From Monocercomonoides exilis PA203 (taxonomy: Eukaryota; Protista; Preaxostyla), in assembly GCA_001643675.2 (NCBI GenBank), contig LSRY02000018.1, positions 1-64,000 of the forward strand: 64,000 nt of DNA, read 5' to 3'. Shown here in pieces: positions 12,929-24,765 of this stretch; positions within the stretch are counted from its first letter, which is position 1, and each line of letters starts with the position of its first letter. The translations under genes were made by a program, and so were the position numbers. Below the pieces are notes generated by a model, which saw only the letters and a list, made by a program, of their open reading frames with translations, was not told the origin of the DNA and did no database searches.

Positions 12929-13582
12929 AATTGGCTTTTCCCACTCAACCAAACATTTCGAGAAAATGAAAAATGTTATTTTCAAAAAACATAAACATTC
13001 ATCTATTTATATTTTTATTCTCTTTTTTAAGAAATAAAATTTTCATAAGATTCTTTTATTTCATTTTTTTGGTTACACGAAAGAACGAATATGAATTATT
13101 CTTTGTTATTATTATGAAATGATGAAAATAAAAAAATGACGTGATTAATAAATGTTATTTTGTGATGTGTGTTAAGTTTAATTCAATAATGATTGATGAT
13201 CTCATTAAGCAAATCAAAGCAACAAAAGATTGATTCTTGATTGATGAAAGTTTATGTTCTTTGTCTGTTTGAGATAGCAATGTTAAAAAATGTTTTAATA
13301 TTGTTTGCAACGACTTCAGAATATTTATAAATCATGTCATTTTTTTATTTTCATCATTTCATAATAATAACAAAGAATAATTCATATTCGTTCTTTCGTG
13401 TAACCAAAAAAATGAAATGAAAGAATCTTATGAAAATTTTATTTCTTAAAAAAGAGAATAAAAATATAAATAGATGAATGTTTATGTTTTTTGAAAATAA
13501 CATTTTTCATTTTCTCGAAATGTTTGGTTGAGTGGGAAAAGCCAATTCAAAAAAAAAAAAAAAAAAAAAAAAACTTTTATAT
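12885..13582. mobile_element. Foldback/MITE-like element with ~265-bp near-perfect inverted arms and subterminal poly(T)/poly(A)
   Basis: 12885-~13154 is the reverse complement of ~13323-13582 (ATATAAAAG-Tn-GAATTGGCTTTTCCCACTCAACC ... GGTTGAGTGGGAAAAGCCAATTC-An-CTTTTATAT), with a ~170-bp spacer. Confidence 0.9.
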
Positions 13583-14420
13583 CTTTAAAGAATAAGCAAA
13601 AATAAAAAAACAAACCGGTAATAAAATGTATCAACTTTGCCAAAATCGTTCATCAAAATGCTGAGCCATTTCATGCTTCTCAGAATTTTGCAATCAAAAA
13701 CAAAAAAAGTGCAAATTGAAGAAAAAGTCCCTAAAAAAGGTAGACACTGTTTTCTTTGATGATGGAAAGGATTAATCCCCAATCTCTCTTTCATTGGAAA
13801 CAGTTTTCTTGTTATGAAGAAATCAATCTCCTTTTTAGTGTTTGCCTTTATTTCGAATATGCAAGCGAACACATGAAAGGTGGAAGTAACAATATTCGTT
13901 AAAATAATATATGTACCCAATTAAAAAAAAAGAGTTCCAATTAATTACTGTCCCTGTCTAAGTTTTCTATTAAATTTGAAATTTTGGTGGTTATAAACAC
14001 AAACGAAATTCACATTAAATGCTTTTAAGAATAAAAATCACAATTAAATTTTCAAAAGAAAAAGAAATATTTAGGATAATCTATTCTGTCATTTGAACAA
14101 CAACTCCGACGAATGGAACATTTCCAATCATTAAGTTGATTTCGTTAAAATATTAAGAAACACTTTAATATATTTGGAAGAGGATAAATGAGAATGCGGT
14201 TAATTTGTTAGAAGTGAAACACAATAAGCAAGTTTATGCATCTGCTCTCAATGATTTAACTCTTAGCACAAATGCTTCAATGAATATACTTCTTTAAGAA
14301 GTTGAAATATTTGTAACATTTCGCTTAAATTACAATTTTCACCACTTGTTAGGAAAGTTGAATAACCCTTCAAACGAAAGCTTTTAAAGTTTTTGTTTCT
14401 ACATGTCTTTTTGTTTCTTT

Positions 14421-17400
14421 TCATTTTTTCCTGATGTTTTGAACTTCATTGATTTCTACAACAGCCTCCCAACTGTCTTTCTCCCCACTGTTCTGTTTAT
14501 CATTGTTTGAATTAACAAGATATGTGATTGCATCAGACACTGTGAATATTGCTCCATCCTTAGGGAATCTTTCAAATAGAGCTCGCTTCACTTCCATTAA
14601 TATTGGCCGGCTTTTCCTCTCCCAATTCCAACATGCTTCCACACATCTCAGGAGCTCAATTGGCAGCTTTTCCAAAGGCGGCCTCTCCCCATTCACAATC
14701 TTGTCTCCAGCGACCGCTGCATCATAATCCCCAAACGGGATTTCCAGTGTCAGACACTCCCACAGCATCATCCCAATCGAAAACACAACCGACTTCTTTG
14801 TTGCCCCCATCTTCCTATTCATCAACAACTCTGGTGCCATCCAACGCAGACATTCATTTCTGTTATCATCCTCATCCTCGAATGCTGATGAGGGAAGAGA
14901 GTCACTTTCATCATCATCACCATCACTTGCAGATTTCACAACTGTTGATGAAGAGATGGATGATGAGTCTGAATCATCGTCAGACGAGAAATCAGAGTGC
15001 ATGACAATGCAGATCACCATGTGCTCGGAGAACAGAACAATGTGAGGACTCAGAGTGGAAAGAGAAGATAATCCATTTTCCATCTCGTCAAATGAATGGA
15101 GTGCCAGATTGGCCACCCAGAACAGGATTTGGGCAGCTGTCTGCTCCCTCTCCTGCAGAGTACCTATCGCCATCTCCTTTGTCTTATTACTCCCGTGAAG
15201 TAACATGAACAGCGAATCCCTCAAGTCCACAATCAGCTTCTCATGAGGAGACGAGCAGGCCATTGCATCCACCAGATTCGACATTGATGATGTGGTTGGG
15301 CACAGACTCTCCGATCGAACAAATGTTGAATCTGAATCTGTTGTTAAAGTGGATGAAATGGATGGTGATGGAGTTCTCTTTCTTGTCTCTTCTTCTTCTT
15401 CTTTCTCATCCACTTTCTCCAGCATCCATTGTGGGATCTTGTCTGAGTCTTTTCCCAAAATGTATTCAGTGGAGCCACTCTCAGACAGAAGATGCTCTGA
15501 TGACTCTGAATGTTCCATATTTGTGTCATACACCCTCTTCTTGATCTTCTCTTCATTCTTCTTCTCAGCCTCCCTTTCGTCCCTTCTCCACTGCTCCTCT
15601 GGCGTCATCTCCATCGTCATCATCTCAATCAGCTTTGGATCCTTTTTGATATTGTCTTCCACAATAGCTTCAAGTTCCTCTGCTCTTCTCTTTTGTTTTC
15701 TCCATCGAACAATAAATATTACAGAAATAATCAGAACAACCAATAAAACCGCAACAAGGATGATCACAATCAGCAACAAGTAAGATTTCCCTTCTTTTCC
15801 TCCTTCAACAATTCTTTCATTTCCTTTGACATTTAATTCTGTTTTGTTCTTCAGAATGAAAGAATCAGTTGATGAAGGAAATTCAATCTTTCCAAACAGA
15901 AGACTCACAGACACTTCCGTTTCTGCTCCCGCTGCTCCCATATGAGTAGATGAAACAACTGCATAAATATCGTTCTCTGATACACTTTCCTTTTCACCAA
16001 TTCCATAGGTCTCAACCACCTCTTCCCTTCCATTCCTGAAGCTCAACTTCAACGAAACATTGCAGGGGAGAAGAAGTCTCCCACTTAGCGTGATGATTGT
16101 TCTTCCCTCAGATGCTGTCTCATTCCTCGCCTCTTCCACAACTGGGATGAATAGTGGTGATGCTCTCTCCTCCATCATCCCTCCCATTTCACATCCTTCA
16201 TTCAGGATCCACAATGATGTGTTATCCTTCAATCCATCTCCTCCTTTCAAACTCATCACATTCAATGTTCCTGAGTCTGAACAGATGATATTTCTTCTTA
16301 GTGATGGATAATTTGATATCAAGGGGTTGTTGTTCATAAATTCTCCTTTCTCAATCTCCACACTTCCTCCCAAAATAGAAAGGCCTCCATTAGAGCAGTT
16401 CACAAAACTCGTATCATTAATCTCCCCTGAGCTCTCCTTCACCTCAACAACTGATCCATTCCATTTGCACACATCCACTTCCTCATTTGATTGCTTTTCA
16501 TTTGTTTCACCATCAAACAAGCACAGCTTCATCTGAATATTTTTGCACATCAAAAGTGACATCATCTTCCCTTTCTTTCTTCTCGATGAACATCCACTAA
16601 ACGAACAGTTCGAAAACTCCACATTTGCTTCTATCCATTCAACATCAACCAGTCCTACATTCTCATCCACATATGAGATGTTATCAAATGATAAAGATAA
16701 TATCGAAAACGAAAGCTCACTTTCTTCTCTATTGCTCTTGTTTGATTCGCCTCCATTCGCATTCCCCATCCATCCTTTTTCCATTCTCAAATTCTCAGCC
16801 CCACTGATCTTCATGCAGTCTTTGTTTGCCTCAATATTTTTGAGCGTCAATCCACTCACTTCAGTATCCTCTTCCATAATCATGGCTGCTTCACTCAAAA
16901 ATGAAAGCCACATAACACTTACATTCCCCATTGAGCATTTCCCTCTTTCCACAAATATCAGAATGAATGGCACTTCCACCATTTCCTCCCCAGCTGAGCT
17001 TACTCCCTCAAATGAACACATGCTGATCGATGTCTTTCCCGAACTTATCTTCATGAATGATGAATGTGTTGTTGGAAGTGCAGTTGGTGTTGATTCCACT
17101 TCTTCAAATGCAAATTGAATCCATCGAATGTACACCTGCCCATTTGTCTCCACAATCATTTCTTTGCTGCAGTTCATCCTCCCTTTCACAACCACTCGAC
17201 TTTGCACTTCATGCATTCCGCTCAGCGTGAGTGTCTCCAATTCAATTTCCTCATCTATCATCGATTTCTCATCAACAAACACCTGGCTGAAGAAATCGTG
17301 TGTCAGATGCCTCAGTCCAAACCCAATCGTTGCACAAGGAAGTGAAGGTTTCCCACACTGCTGCTCATTGCTTCCCCCTTTCCCTTCTTTGCTCGACACC

Positions 17401-20400
17401 ACAATCGTGTCTGATTGGTATTTCACAATCAGACTCATCAAGTCCATCGCCTCCTCCTTGTGCTCTCCCGCATCCATCCCATAGATCGCATTCTGCCTGA
17501 TGAACTCAACATCACGGAAGTCGATGTTGAACTGTGTTTCGTTGATCTGCCTCTCAATACAGTCACACACAATGAACACATCATTCCCAACGCTTGCTGT
17601 GTTCCTTCGGAATATCACCCTATCAAACACATAATCCAGCTCTCCCCTCAATTCAGTCTTCAGATACACCCCACCTCCTTTCCCTTCGCTCACAGAGCAT
17701 CCACACTGCTTCACACTTGTATTCACAACATGGAACAATCCTCCTTCATTCAATTCAAACAGCATCGCTCCTCCCTTTGTGCTTCTCCCACAACTGCACC
17801 CTTCAATCAGCGAATCTTCAACAACAAGCGTCACTCCACTTCCACTCCCACTCTTGCTCGAAACAACACTTGGATCAGCTCCTTCTCCTTCAACTGATCC
17901 AATACTGCAATTCTTCATCCTCATCTCACCTCCTCCATTTGCTCCCTCTCCTTCAATTTCAAACAAACTCCCACTCTCCAATGTGGTTTCAATCACTGTT
18001 AATTCATCAATCACACTCGCCACTTCTCCACTCACCACAAACACATATCCCTTCCCAAAATACGAAAGCACTTTGAACCTCTTCATCTTCAGCTCCCCTT
18101 TCTTCACAACACAAAATGCAACGTTTCCCATCCCTTCTTTCTTTCCCTTCCATGAGATCGAACAGTCTTCCCATTCAACTTTCCCTCCCTCACTCATAAT
18201 CATCCCTGATTCTCCACTTCCCAAAACATTCATCACACACATCTCCAGTGCTTTCAGAGTGACTGCTCCACTGTTGCGAAGACACACTTTTGCTCCACTT
18301 TCTCCTTCACTCCCCATCACAACTGTTCCATATTCCATCTCATCACATCCTGCTCCCACTGATTCCACTTCAAACCCACTCAAATCATATTCCCCTTCCA
18401 CTCTTATCTTTTCCTTCACTCTCACCACTTTTCTCTCTCCTCCTCTCTCAATGTGCTTCAATCCCATCTCCAATGTCTCACACGGATCCTCTTCGCTCCC
18501 ACATCGAACAACATCATCTCCCTTTTCCCACACCACAATCCTCTCGCTTTTGTATTCAATCACAAATCGCAACAGATCTGTGTTTATCCGCTTTTCATCA
18601 CTTCCAACAAACAGATTCGGATCATCTTCCATCCCTTCAATATCAATCACAAATGTCTCACTCCTCGCTGTCACATTCAGATCTGAATCCAGAATGAACA
18701 TATTCTTCCCAACAAATGCCTCATTCCCAGCAAACTTCACTCCCTCAAACTTGAATGGCATCCCTCCCCTCCTTTCGCTGCAATTCACATGCAGCCATCC
18801 TCCTTTCCCGCCTCTCACCTTCTCTGCTGCACATCTCTCTATCGTCCCCTCTTTCACATGAATCATTCCTGAATCATGGATAGTCACCCTCACTGTCCCT
18901 CCATTCATACTCTCTCCTCCTGTGATGTCACTCATGTTGCTCACTTCTATCTTCATCACTTTCCTCACATCGGCACATATCACAGCTGACTCGTCTGCAC
19001 CAACAACAGACAGGCTCCCAAAGGAGCAGTTGCTGATGCTCACAGAATCACTCTCTTCTATATTCTGTTCCATCCCAAGAAGAGCAAGATCCATCAGGCA
19101 CTTTCTTGTCCTAATATTATTTATTGATATCCACTTCATCCTCACAGTTTGTCCACTGCTTCTGATGATTCGATATTCTATCGCCTCTTCTTCCCCTTCC
19201 TGCATTCCAAACGAACACAATTCCATCTCCAAAACACCATTTCCTGTTGATGAGCTTATCACTGCTTCTCTCTTCTGTTCGAAACGATCAGGCAATTCAA
19301 ACCCCACATTCACAAACACACTTACTCCATTCGAATCAAGAACACTTTCCCCTTCTCCTTCAATTCCTTTCTCCACAACCACCTTCATTCTCTTGTTGTC
19401 TTTCCCTTCAATCCGAACTCCGCTCACATCTCCCACCTTCTCAATACTCGTGCTCCCACTTATCACTATTTTCTTTTCTCCCTCTCCACCAAGCCTCCCA
19501 ACCCCATAATCCACACTCCTGCAGGGACAGTTCTCCATCCCACACCACATTCCATTGTCTCCATTCTCACTCTCCACATTAATAACCGACGAGCTGTATC
19601 CATCAATGAATATGAACAGATCAACCTCACACGAAAACTTCTGCCCATCCTTCCCTATCAGCGAATTCTCTCTCTCACTTATCCCTTCACTGAACGAGAA
19701 ACTGCTTCCATTCACAACCCTCCTCAAATCATCACACACAACAAACACATCCTTCCCACTCCTTGCTCTGTTCTCTTCAAATCTCACTCCTCTCAGATCA
19801 AATCCATATCTCTCTCCTTCAATCCCAGCCCACATTCCTCCTCCACACCCTCCTCCATTCATTGTCCCTTCTATTCCTGCTCCACATTTCTTTATCAGTG
19901 TCACTTCTGTTTCGCTCCTGATCTTCAGTTGTGCATCCCCTTTCAATTCCACTTTCATCCCTCCTCCATTCCCTTTCTCTGCCACACATCCTTCAATACT
20001 CGTGTTCCACAAATCCATCATGCCACCTTCTCCAACCACTCCATTCACCATCCCTCCATTTCCCTCCCTCACTCTGATATTGCTCCCATTGCATCCCCAG
20101 ATAGATATCTCCTTTGCCTCAACTCCTTTTATTATCCCTGAATCAACAAAATTACATGAACTCCACGAACACTCCCTCATCCTCGCAATACAATTGCTCC
20201 CTGCCAAAATCAAGTTGCTTCCTCCCATTTCGCACCCACTGGCAATCACACTTTCTGCTGTGAGTGTGCTTCCTCCCTCACAAACAACAAATCCTGTTTC
20301 TCCTTCAAAGGTCATATCATTCAGCTCCACATTCTTCAACGAGACAGATGACAACCCCCCATTCGCTCTTATCCCAGGCTTCCCAAACCTCACAGAATCC

Positions 20401-23400
20401 AACCTCAGTGATGTCACATTTGCCTCTCCACATTCCACAATGATCAAGCTGTATTCTACAAAATTCACTTCTTCTCCAAATGTGATAACACATTCACTCA
20501 AGTTCAGTGTTTCTCCTTTCAGATGGAATATCGCTTCATGATGTTCAAGAGCAGATGGCATCGCAAATCCAATGTTCCTCATTATCGTTTCCTTCAGCAC
20601 CACAAACACTCCAACGCATCCTTCCTTTTCACCTTTGCACGCTGCCTCGCCTCCAATAACAAGCGATCCATCAACATCTGCCCCTTCTATCATCCTTGCC
20701 ATTTTCGAAAAGACCACTGTCGAGCCAACCTCAACTCCATTTCCAACTTTGATTGTCGCTGTTGTTGTTCCATCTGCTTGTGTGTTCTCTTCCCTCTCAA
20801 TCGGACAGTTCAATGTTCGGCACTCGAAAAATGTGTGTCCACACCGAGGATGATCTGCCCCTGAAGCTGAAACATAGATCTCACTCCTCGGAACATCCAT
20901 AAGATAGCACACAATCGGAATCGCCAGTGTTGCATTGTTCGTGTCTCCCACTCCCTCCACTTCATGTGCTTTTTCACTCAAAAGCGAAACAAATCCATAT
21001 CTCCCTTTCGGAACCAATTCCAGCTGATTCGAAGAAATAAACACATTCACTCCATGTTCTGCATGATTATTTTCAAATCTCACATTTACAATCTCAAACT
21101 CTATTGATGGAGATGACAACTCCAAATATATCCCTCCTCCTCTTCCCTTCTCATCTCCACTTCCATTCTCTGCCCCACAATCTTCAATCACTGTTGTCAC
21201 TTCTCCTCTACCAATTTTGAATGTTTCACTTTCATCGACTCTCCATGCAACATCCCCTCCATTCCCTTCCTTACACACACAGTTTCTGAATGTGGTGCTC
21301 TCCTGCTCCCATAAATCGCTTCTCTCACTTTCAGAACTGAATATTGCTCCATCTCCTCTCATCCGACAAATCCTTTGGATCGTAACATTTCCCAGCATCC
21401 CTCTCCCAACTTCACTTTGCTCCTCTTCCTCAAACAACGAACAATCTTCAAGACCAATATCCTCAATCAAACAGTTTTCCATCATCAATTTCTCAAATAT
21501 CATTTTGAATGGTGAAACATCAAATGAGTGCGTCTGCCCATCTTCTGCACCTGATGTAATTACATTCTTCAGTTTCAGCATCTGTGCTTCTGTTCGCATC
21601 ACAAACAATGAAGATAAAGATTCTACACTATTGTGACGAATTGTCACTAAAGACAATTCCATCGACCCCGAATCCAATGTGAACAAACACTCATTCGAAT
21701 TCAACAATTCTGTGCTGATGACACACTCGCTCTCGCTTTTCCCCTTGAACGAAATATCTCCCCCTCCAATGAACAGGGACATAGAAGAATAGTTCGATCT
21801 GAGAATATTCACAGTTCCCTTTACTCCTTTCTCAATCATGTTGTATGCCTGCTTAATCGTGTTGCACGGGCTAGTCTGTGTTGTTCCACAGATAGGACCT
21901 TCAGTCCCATCTGCTCTGGCATATGTTGTTTGGATTGTTGGAAGCCATGCATCGTAATCTGTTTGGCTTCCGTTGTAAAACACTCTTTTTGCTGATGTTG
22001 TTGAAAACGATGATTCAAATGGTGAACCTTTAAAAAATTCATTATAAACTTTAACATCATGGCCTTCTTCATTTTCTGCCGTATTGCAACTAAAAAAGCA
22101 ATGTGACATTATAATTGGTGATGTTACTGTATCCATCCAACTTGATGTTCTCATGAAAATGCCCCCGCCTCCCCCTTCTAAATCCTGTATTCCTGTTCCA
22201 TTAGCCTGGTTTCCTTTAAATTCACACTCTAAAATGTTAAGCATGTTCATCTGGGCCTGAAGATAAAAACCTCCACCATACGATCCGGCTTCATTTCGAA
22301 TAAATTTGCATTTCTTTATAGTCTCATTTCCATTTCCAGAAAACTGTTGAATTCGTAATCCTCCTGCATAATGAGCAATTGCTTTGCAATCGCAAAAGAT
22401 GCACTCAGAAAAATAATAATCGCCATTTAATTGATAAATGATCATCCCACCTGTGTTATCCTCTGCAATGCAATTTGTAAAATTGCAGCCAGACATTATC
22501 ACACCTGCTGCTGATTGAACATCAACAGCTCCATCGTGATGATGACTCAAATTCTTGAAAGAGCAAACTTCACATTCAAGAGTGGAATTTCCTTTCAAGT
22601 ATATTGCGCTTCCAACACCAACGTTGCCTGTGCTGCACCATTCACAATCTACAAATACATGCGTTTCATTTGCTCCCAGGTCCCACCTTTGCATATTGCG
22701 TCCACCTGATTCATTAACATTCGTCGTTCGAAAGCAGCACTCAAATGAGGTGTTTTTCGCTCTCAGCGAGGCACATGGGCTGTTCACCGACCTAAAAATG
22801 CCTCCATAAATAACATCCCAAACACTGAAAAACGAGCAGCCTTCAATTGTTGTTTCTGTTCTCGCTCTCAAATCCATTTCTCTTTGTGCATCGGAAGCAA
22901 CAGAAATGTTCGCCATCAACAGACGAGATGCTTTCACATCGCAACAAACATTCGGTGCTAAAAATGGTATTGATATCAGTTCAAATGATGAAAATGAAGA
23001 GTCTCGAAGAGTTATCGAGTCTGTTCCATCTCTCTCAGAATTTTTGAAAGACGAGCAAAAAAGTCGCGGAATTGGTGCAAATGGCTTCAAAGTTCCAATC
23101 GTCAGATTCACCGAATGGATGCTTCCTCCATCCACCACAAATGGGCTCATCTTTAATGAAATCAAAATCATGCATCCTGCAACATCAAGCCTTGACCCCT
23201 CACAGACCAAAAAACAAGTTTTTCCTTCCTGTTGAATATGCAACACACTCGCTGTGCTCACTGAGCAGTTCGCAGCAACAAATGTCGATAGAATTGTGCT
23301 ATTCTGATTATTTTCTGGTACACAAAAATCATTCCTGCTCTCTGACAGCCAGAACACAACATTTGCATCCAATCCACTTAATTCGTTTCTTGATGCTTCT

Positions 23401-23483
23401 TCTGCCTCGCAAATAGCACTGATACATGAAAAAATAATAAGCGCAAGATTTATAACTCTTCTGCTGTGCAACTCGCTCTTCAT
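14421..23483 (-). CDS. Giant single-pass receptor-like protein: repeated right-handed beta-helix (pectin-lyase/Pmp-like) ectodomain, TM, C-terminal TKL/TK-like pseudokinase
   Basis: Uninterrupted ORF, first ATG 23483. Signal-like hydrophobic N-terminus; GGxxY / FxxNxA repeats; five GxD/E-x3-4-CG-x4-5-C modules; TM LLLIVIILVAVLLVVLIISVIFIV+RWRK; kinase C-lobe LRWMAPE, VFSIGMMLWECLTLEIPF, RPPL, CW...RP. Confidence 0.9.
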   Translation of the reverse strand: MKSELHSRRVINLALIIFSCISAICEAEEASRNELSGLDANVVFWLSESRNDFCVPENNQNSTILSTFVAANCSVSTASVLHIQQEGKTCFLVCEGSRLDVAGCMILISLKMSPFVVDGGSIHSVNLTIGTLKPFAPIPRLFCSSFKNSERDGTDSITLRDSSFSSFELISIPFLAPNVCCDVKASRLLMANISVASDAQREMDLRARTETTIEGCSFFSVWDVIYGGIFRSVNSPCASLRAKNTSFECCFRTTNVNESGGRNMQRWDLGANETHVFVDCEWCSTGNVGVGSAIYLKGNSTLECEVCSFKNLSHHHDGAVDVQSAAGVIMSGCNFTNCIAEDNTGGMIIYQLNGDYYFSECIFCDCKAIAHYAGGLRIQQFSGNGNETIKKCKFIRNEAGSYGGGFYLQAQMNMLNILECEFKGNQANGTGIQDLEGGGGGIFMRTSSWMDTVTSPIIMSHCFFSCNTAENEEGHDVKVYNEFFKGSPFESSFSTTSAKRVFYNGSQTDYDAWLPTIQTTYARADGTEGPICGTTQTSPCNTIKQAYNMIEKGVKGTVNILRSNYSSMSLFIGGGDISFKGKSESECVISTELLNSNECLFTLDSGSMELSLVTIRHNSVESLSSLFVMRTEAQMLKLKNVITSGAEDGQTHSFDVSPFKMIFEKLMMENCLIEDIGLEDCSLFEEEEQSEVGRGMLGNVTIQRICRMRGDGAIFSSESERSDLWEQESTTFRNCVCKEGNGGDVAWRVDESETFKIGRGEVTTVIEDCGAENGSGDEKGRGGGIYLELSSPSIEFEIVNVRFENNHAEHGVNVFISSNQLELVPKGRYGFVSLLSEKAHEVEGVGDTNNATLAIPIVCYLMDVPRSEIYVSASGADHPRCGHTFFECRTLNCPIEREENTQADGTTTATIKVGNGVEVGSTVVFSKMARMIEGADVDGSLVIGGEAACKGEKEGCVGVFVVLKETIMRNIGFAMPSALEHHEAIFHLKGETLNLSECVITFGEEVNFVEYSLIIVECGEANVTSLRLDSVRFGKPGIRANGGLSSVSLKNVELNDMTFEGETGFVVCEGGSTLTAESVIASGCEMGGSNLILAGSNCIARMRECSWSSCNFVDSGIIKGVEAKEISIWGCNGSNIRVREGNGGMVNGVVGEGGMMDLWNTSIEGCVAEKGNGGGMKVELKGDAQLKIRSETEVTLIKKCGAGIEGTMNGGGCGGGMWAGIEGERYGFDLRGVRFEENRARSGKDVFVVCDDLRRVVNGSSFSFSEGISERENSLIGKDGQKFSCEVDLFIFIDGYSSSVINVESENGDNGMWCGMENCPCRSVDYGVGRLGGEGEKKIVISGSTSIEKVGDVSGVRIEGKDNKRMKVVVEKGIEGEGESVLDSNGVSVFVNVGFELPDRFEQKREAVISSSTGNGVLEMELCSFGMQEGEEEAIEYRIIRSSGQTVRMKWISINNIRTRKCLMDLALLGMEQNIEESDSVSISNCSFGSLSVVGADESAVICADVRKVMKIEVSNMSDITGGESMNGGTVRVTIHDSGMIHVKEGTIERCAAEKVRGGKGGWLHVNCSERRGGMPFKFEGVKFAGNEAFVGKNMFILDSDLNVTARSETFVIDIEGMEDDPNLFVGSDEKRINTDLLRFVIEYKSERIVVWEKGDDVVRCGSEEDPCETLEMGLKHIERGGERKVVRVKEKIRVEGEYDLSGFEVESVGAGCDEMEYGTVVMGSEGESGAKVCLRNSGAVTLKALEMCVMNVLGSGESGMIMSEGGKVEWEDCSISWKGKKEGMGNVAFCVVKKGELKMKRFKVLSYFGKGYVFVVSGEVASVIDELTVIETTLESGSLFEIEGEGANGGGEMRMKNCSIGSVEGEGADPSVVSSKSGSGSGVTLVVEDSLIEGCSCGRSTKGGAMLFELNEGGLFHVVNTSVKQCGCSVSEGKGGGVYLKTELRGELDYVFDRVIFRRNTASVGNDVFIVCDCIERQINETQFNIDFRDVEFIRQNAIYGMDAGEHKEEAMDLMSLIVKYQSDTIVVSSKEGKGGSNEQQCGKPSLPCATIGFGLRHLTHDFFSQVFVDEKSMIDEEIELETLTLSGMHEVQSRVVVKGRMNCSKEMIVETNGQVYIRWIQFAFEEVESTPTALPTTHSSFMKISSGKTSISMCSFEGVSSAGEEMVEVPFILIFVERGKCSMGNVSVMWLSFLSEAAMIMEEDTEVSGLTLKNIEANKDCMKISGAENLRMEKGWMGNANGGESNKSNREESELSFSILSLSFDNISYVDENVGLVDVEWIEANVEFSNCSFSGCSSRRKKGKMMSLLMCKNIQMKLCLFDGETNEKQSNEEVDVCKWNGSVVEVKESSGEINDTSFVNCSNGGLSILGGSVEIEKGEFMNNNPLISNYPSLRRNIICSDSGTLNVMSLKGGDGLKDNTSLWILNEGCEMGGMMEERASPLFIPVVEEARNETASEGRTIITLSGRLLLPCNVSLKLSFRNGREEVVETYGIGEKESVSENDIYAVVSSTHMGAAGAETEVSVSLLFGKIEFPSSTDSFILKNKTELNVKGNERIVEGGKEGKSYLLLIVIILVAVLLVVLIISVIFIVRWRKQKRRAEELEAIVEDNIKKDPKLIEMMTMEMTPEEQWRRDEREAEKKNEEKIKKRVYDTNMEHSESSEHLLSESGSTEYILGKDSDKIPQWMLEKVDEKEEEEETRKRTPSPSISSTLTTDSDSTFVRSESLCPTTSSMSNLVDAMACSSPHEKLIVDLRDSLFMLLHGSNKTKEMAIGTLQEREQTAAQILFWVANLALHSFDEMENGLSSLSTLSPHIVLFSEHMVICIVMHSDFSSDDDSDSSSISSSTVVKSASDGDDDESDSLPSSAFEDEDDNRNECLRWMAPELLMNRKMGATKKSVVFSIGMMLWECLTLEIPFGDYDAAVAGDKIVNGERPPLEKLPIELLRCVEACWNWERKSRPILMEVKRALFERFPKDGAIFTVSDAITYLVNSNNDKQNSGEKDSWEAVVEINEVQNIRKK

Positions 23484-24765
23484 CGAACAAAAACGCAAAT
23501 GAAAAACTCAAATGATCAATTTAGCCCATATTCCTCTGCATTTCTTCATCAAAAATAAAATTTTGGCTTCGTTTCTTAAATAATCGCAAATAATCCTATG
23601 TTCAACAAAATAATCATTAATCATTTCAAATATAATTTTTTACCCAAAAATTCAAAAAAAAATATACAAAATATTATTTCAAACATTTCGGATTAAATTT
23701 TGTCATTTTTGAAGAAATATTATCATTTCCAAAGAATATCAATAATTTCACCTCAACTGCGAAATTTTCTTCTTTCTTTCAAAAACATGATGAGTTTAGT
23801 TGTTTTCCATTCAAAAGAAATCTTCTTCTAACAAACACTTCCAATTCTTGTTTTCTTATTTAATTCCTCCAAAGTCCATGCTCCAATGGATATGTTCTCT
23901 ATCAAGCCAAATATCCTTTCCAACTTCATATTTTGTTGCACTTGGTCATAAATTCACAAATGATTCATTCGTAACTGTCCATCACTATGCCCATCAAAAA
24001 AACAGAAGGAAATATTATTTTGAGAAAATGCAAACTTATGAAGGTTCCATACCATTTCGGTTGCTGAAGGTTACTTGAATCCGAGAAATCGCAAGATTAT
24101 TGAAAAAGTCTTGCTTCAGATTACCAAACCGTAAAGAGTTTAAATGTTGTTTCCTTCATCCTCCTGATAGAATATGCAGAATAGATGCATATGGTGCATA
24201 GACTGCTCAAATCTTATTTCCAAAAATGACTGACATCCAAAACAATTGATAATCATTTCAATAAATCATTCAGATTATTAAACTTTCAGCAACTCGTACA
24301 TATGGTAGCACAATATAAGTCCTCTCATTTGTGGCATTTTGTTTTGTTGTAATCCTGTTCTCTGTAGTCTTATAAGCGAAATACAAAGATCACTACCCAT
24401 CATAGCATCAAAAAATCTTGCTGTGAAAGATAAACATATTCAAATCAATAAAAAATGATAAAAAATTGATTAAAAATTGTTGATCGCAGTTAAGTGTGTT
24501 TGCACCTTATCGTAATTAAAAAAATATGAAATTTTAAACCAAACGGAAATTTTAACTAAATAAATTTTGTATTTATTCTTTCATACACATCTTTGTAATT
24601 TTTGACATATGATATTAATAAAAAAATAAAACGTCGTTTATTTTATTATATTTTTTATAAATTTAAATTTCTATATTTTGAAAACATGAAAATCTTACCA
24701 TTATTGATATTTTTTCACATCATCTTATAATTTTTTGCTGTCTTTGGAAGTCAATTTCATAAAAC

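Noticed and set aside
23790-24420. Slightly coding-like minus-strand stretch upstream of the receptor gene
   Set aside because: Too broken to assign a frame or domain.
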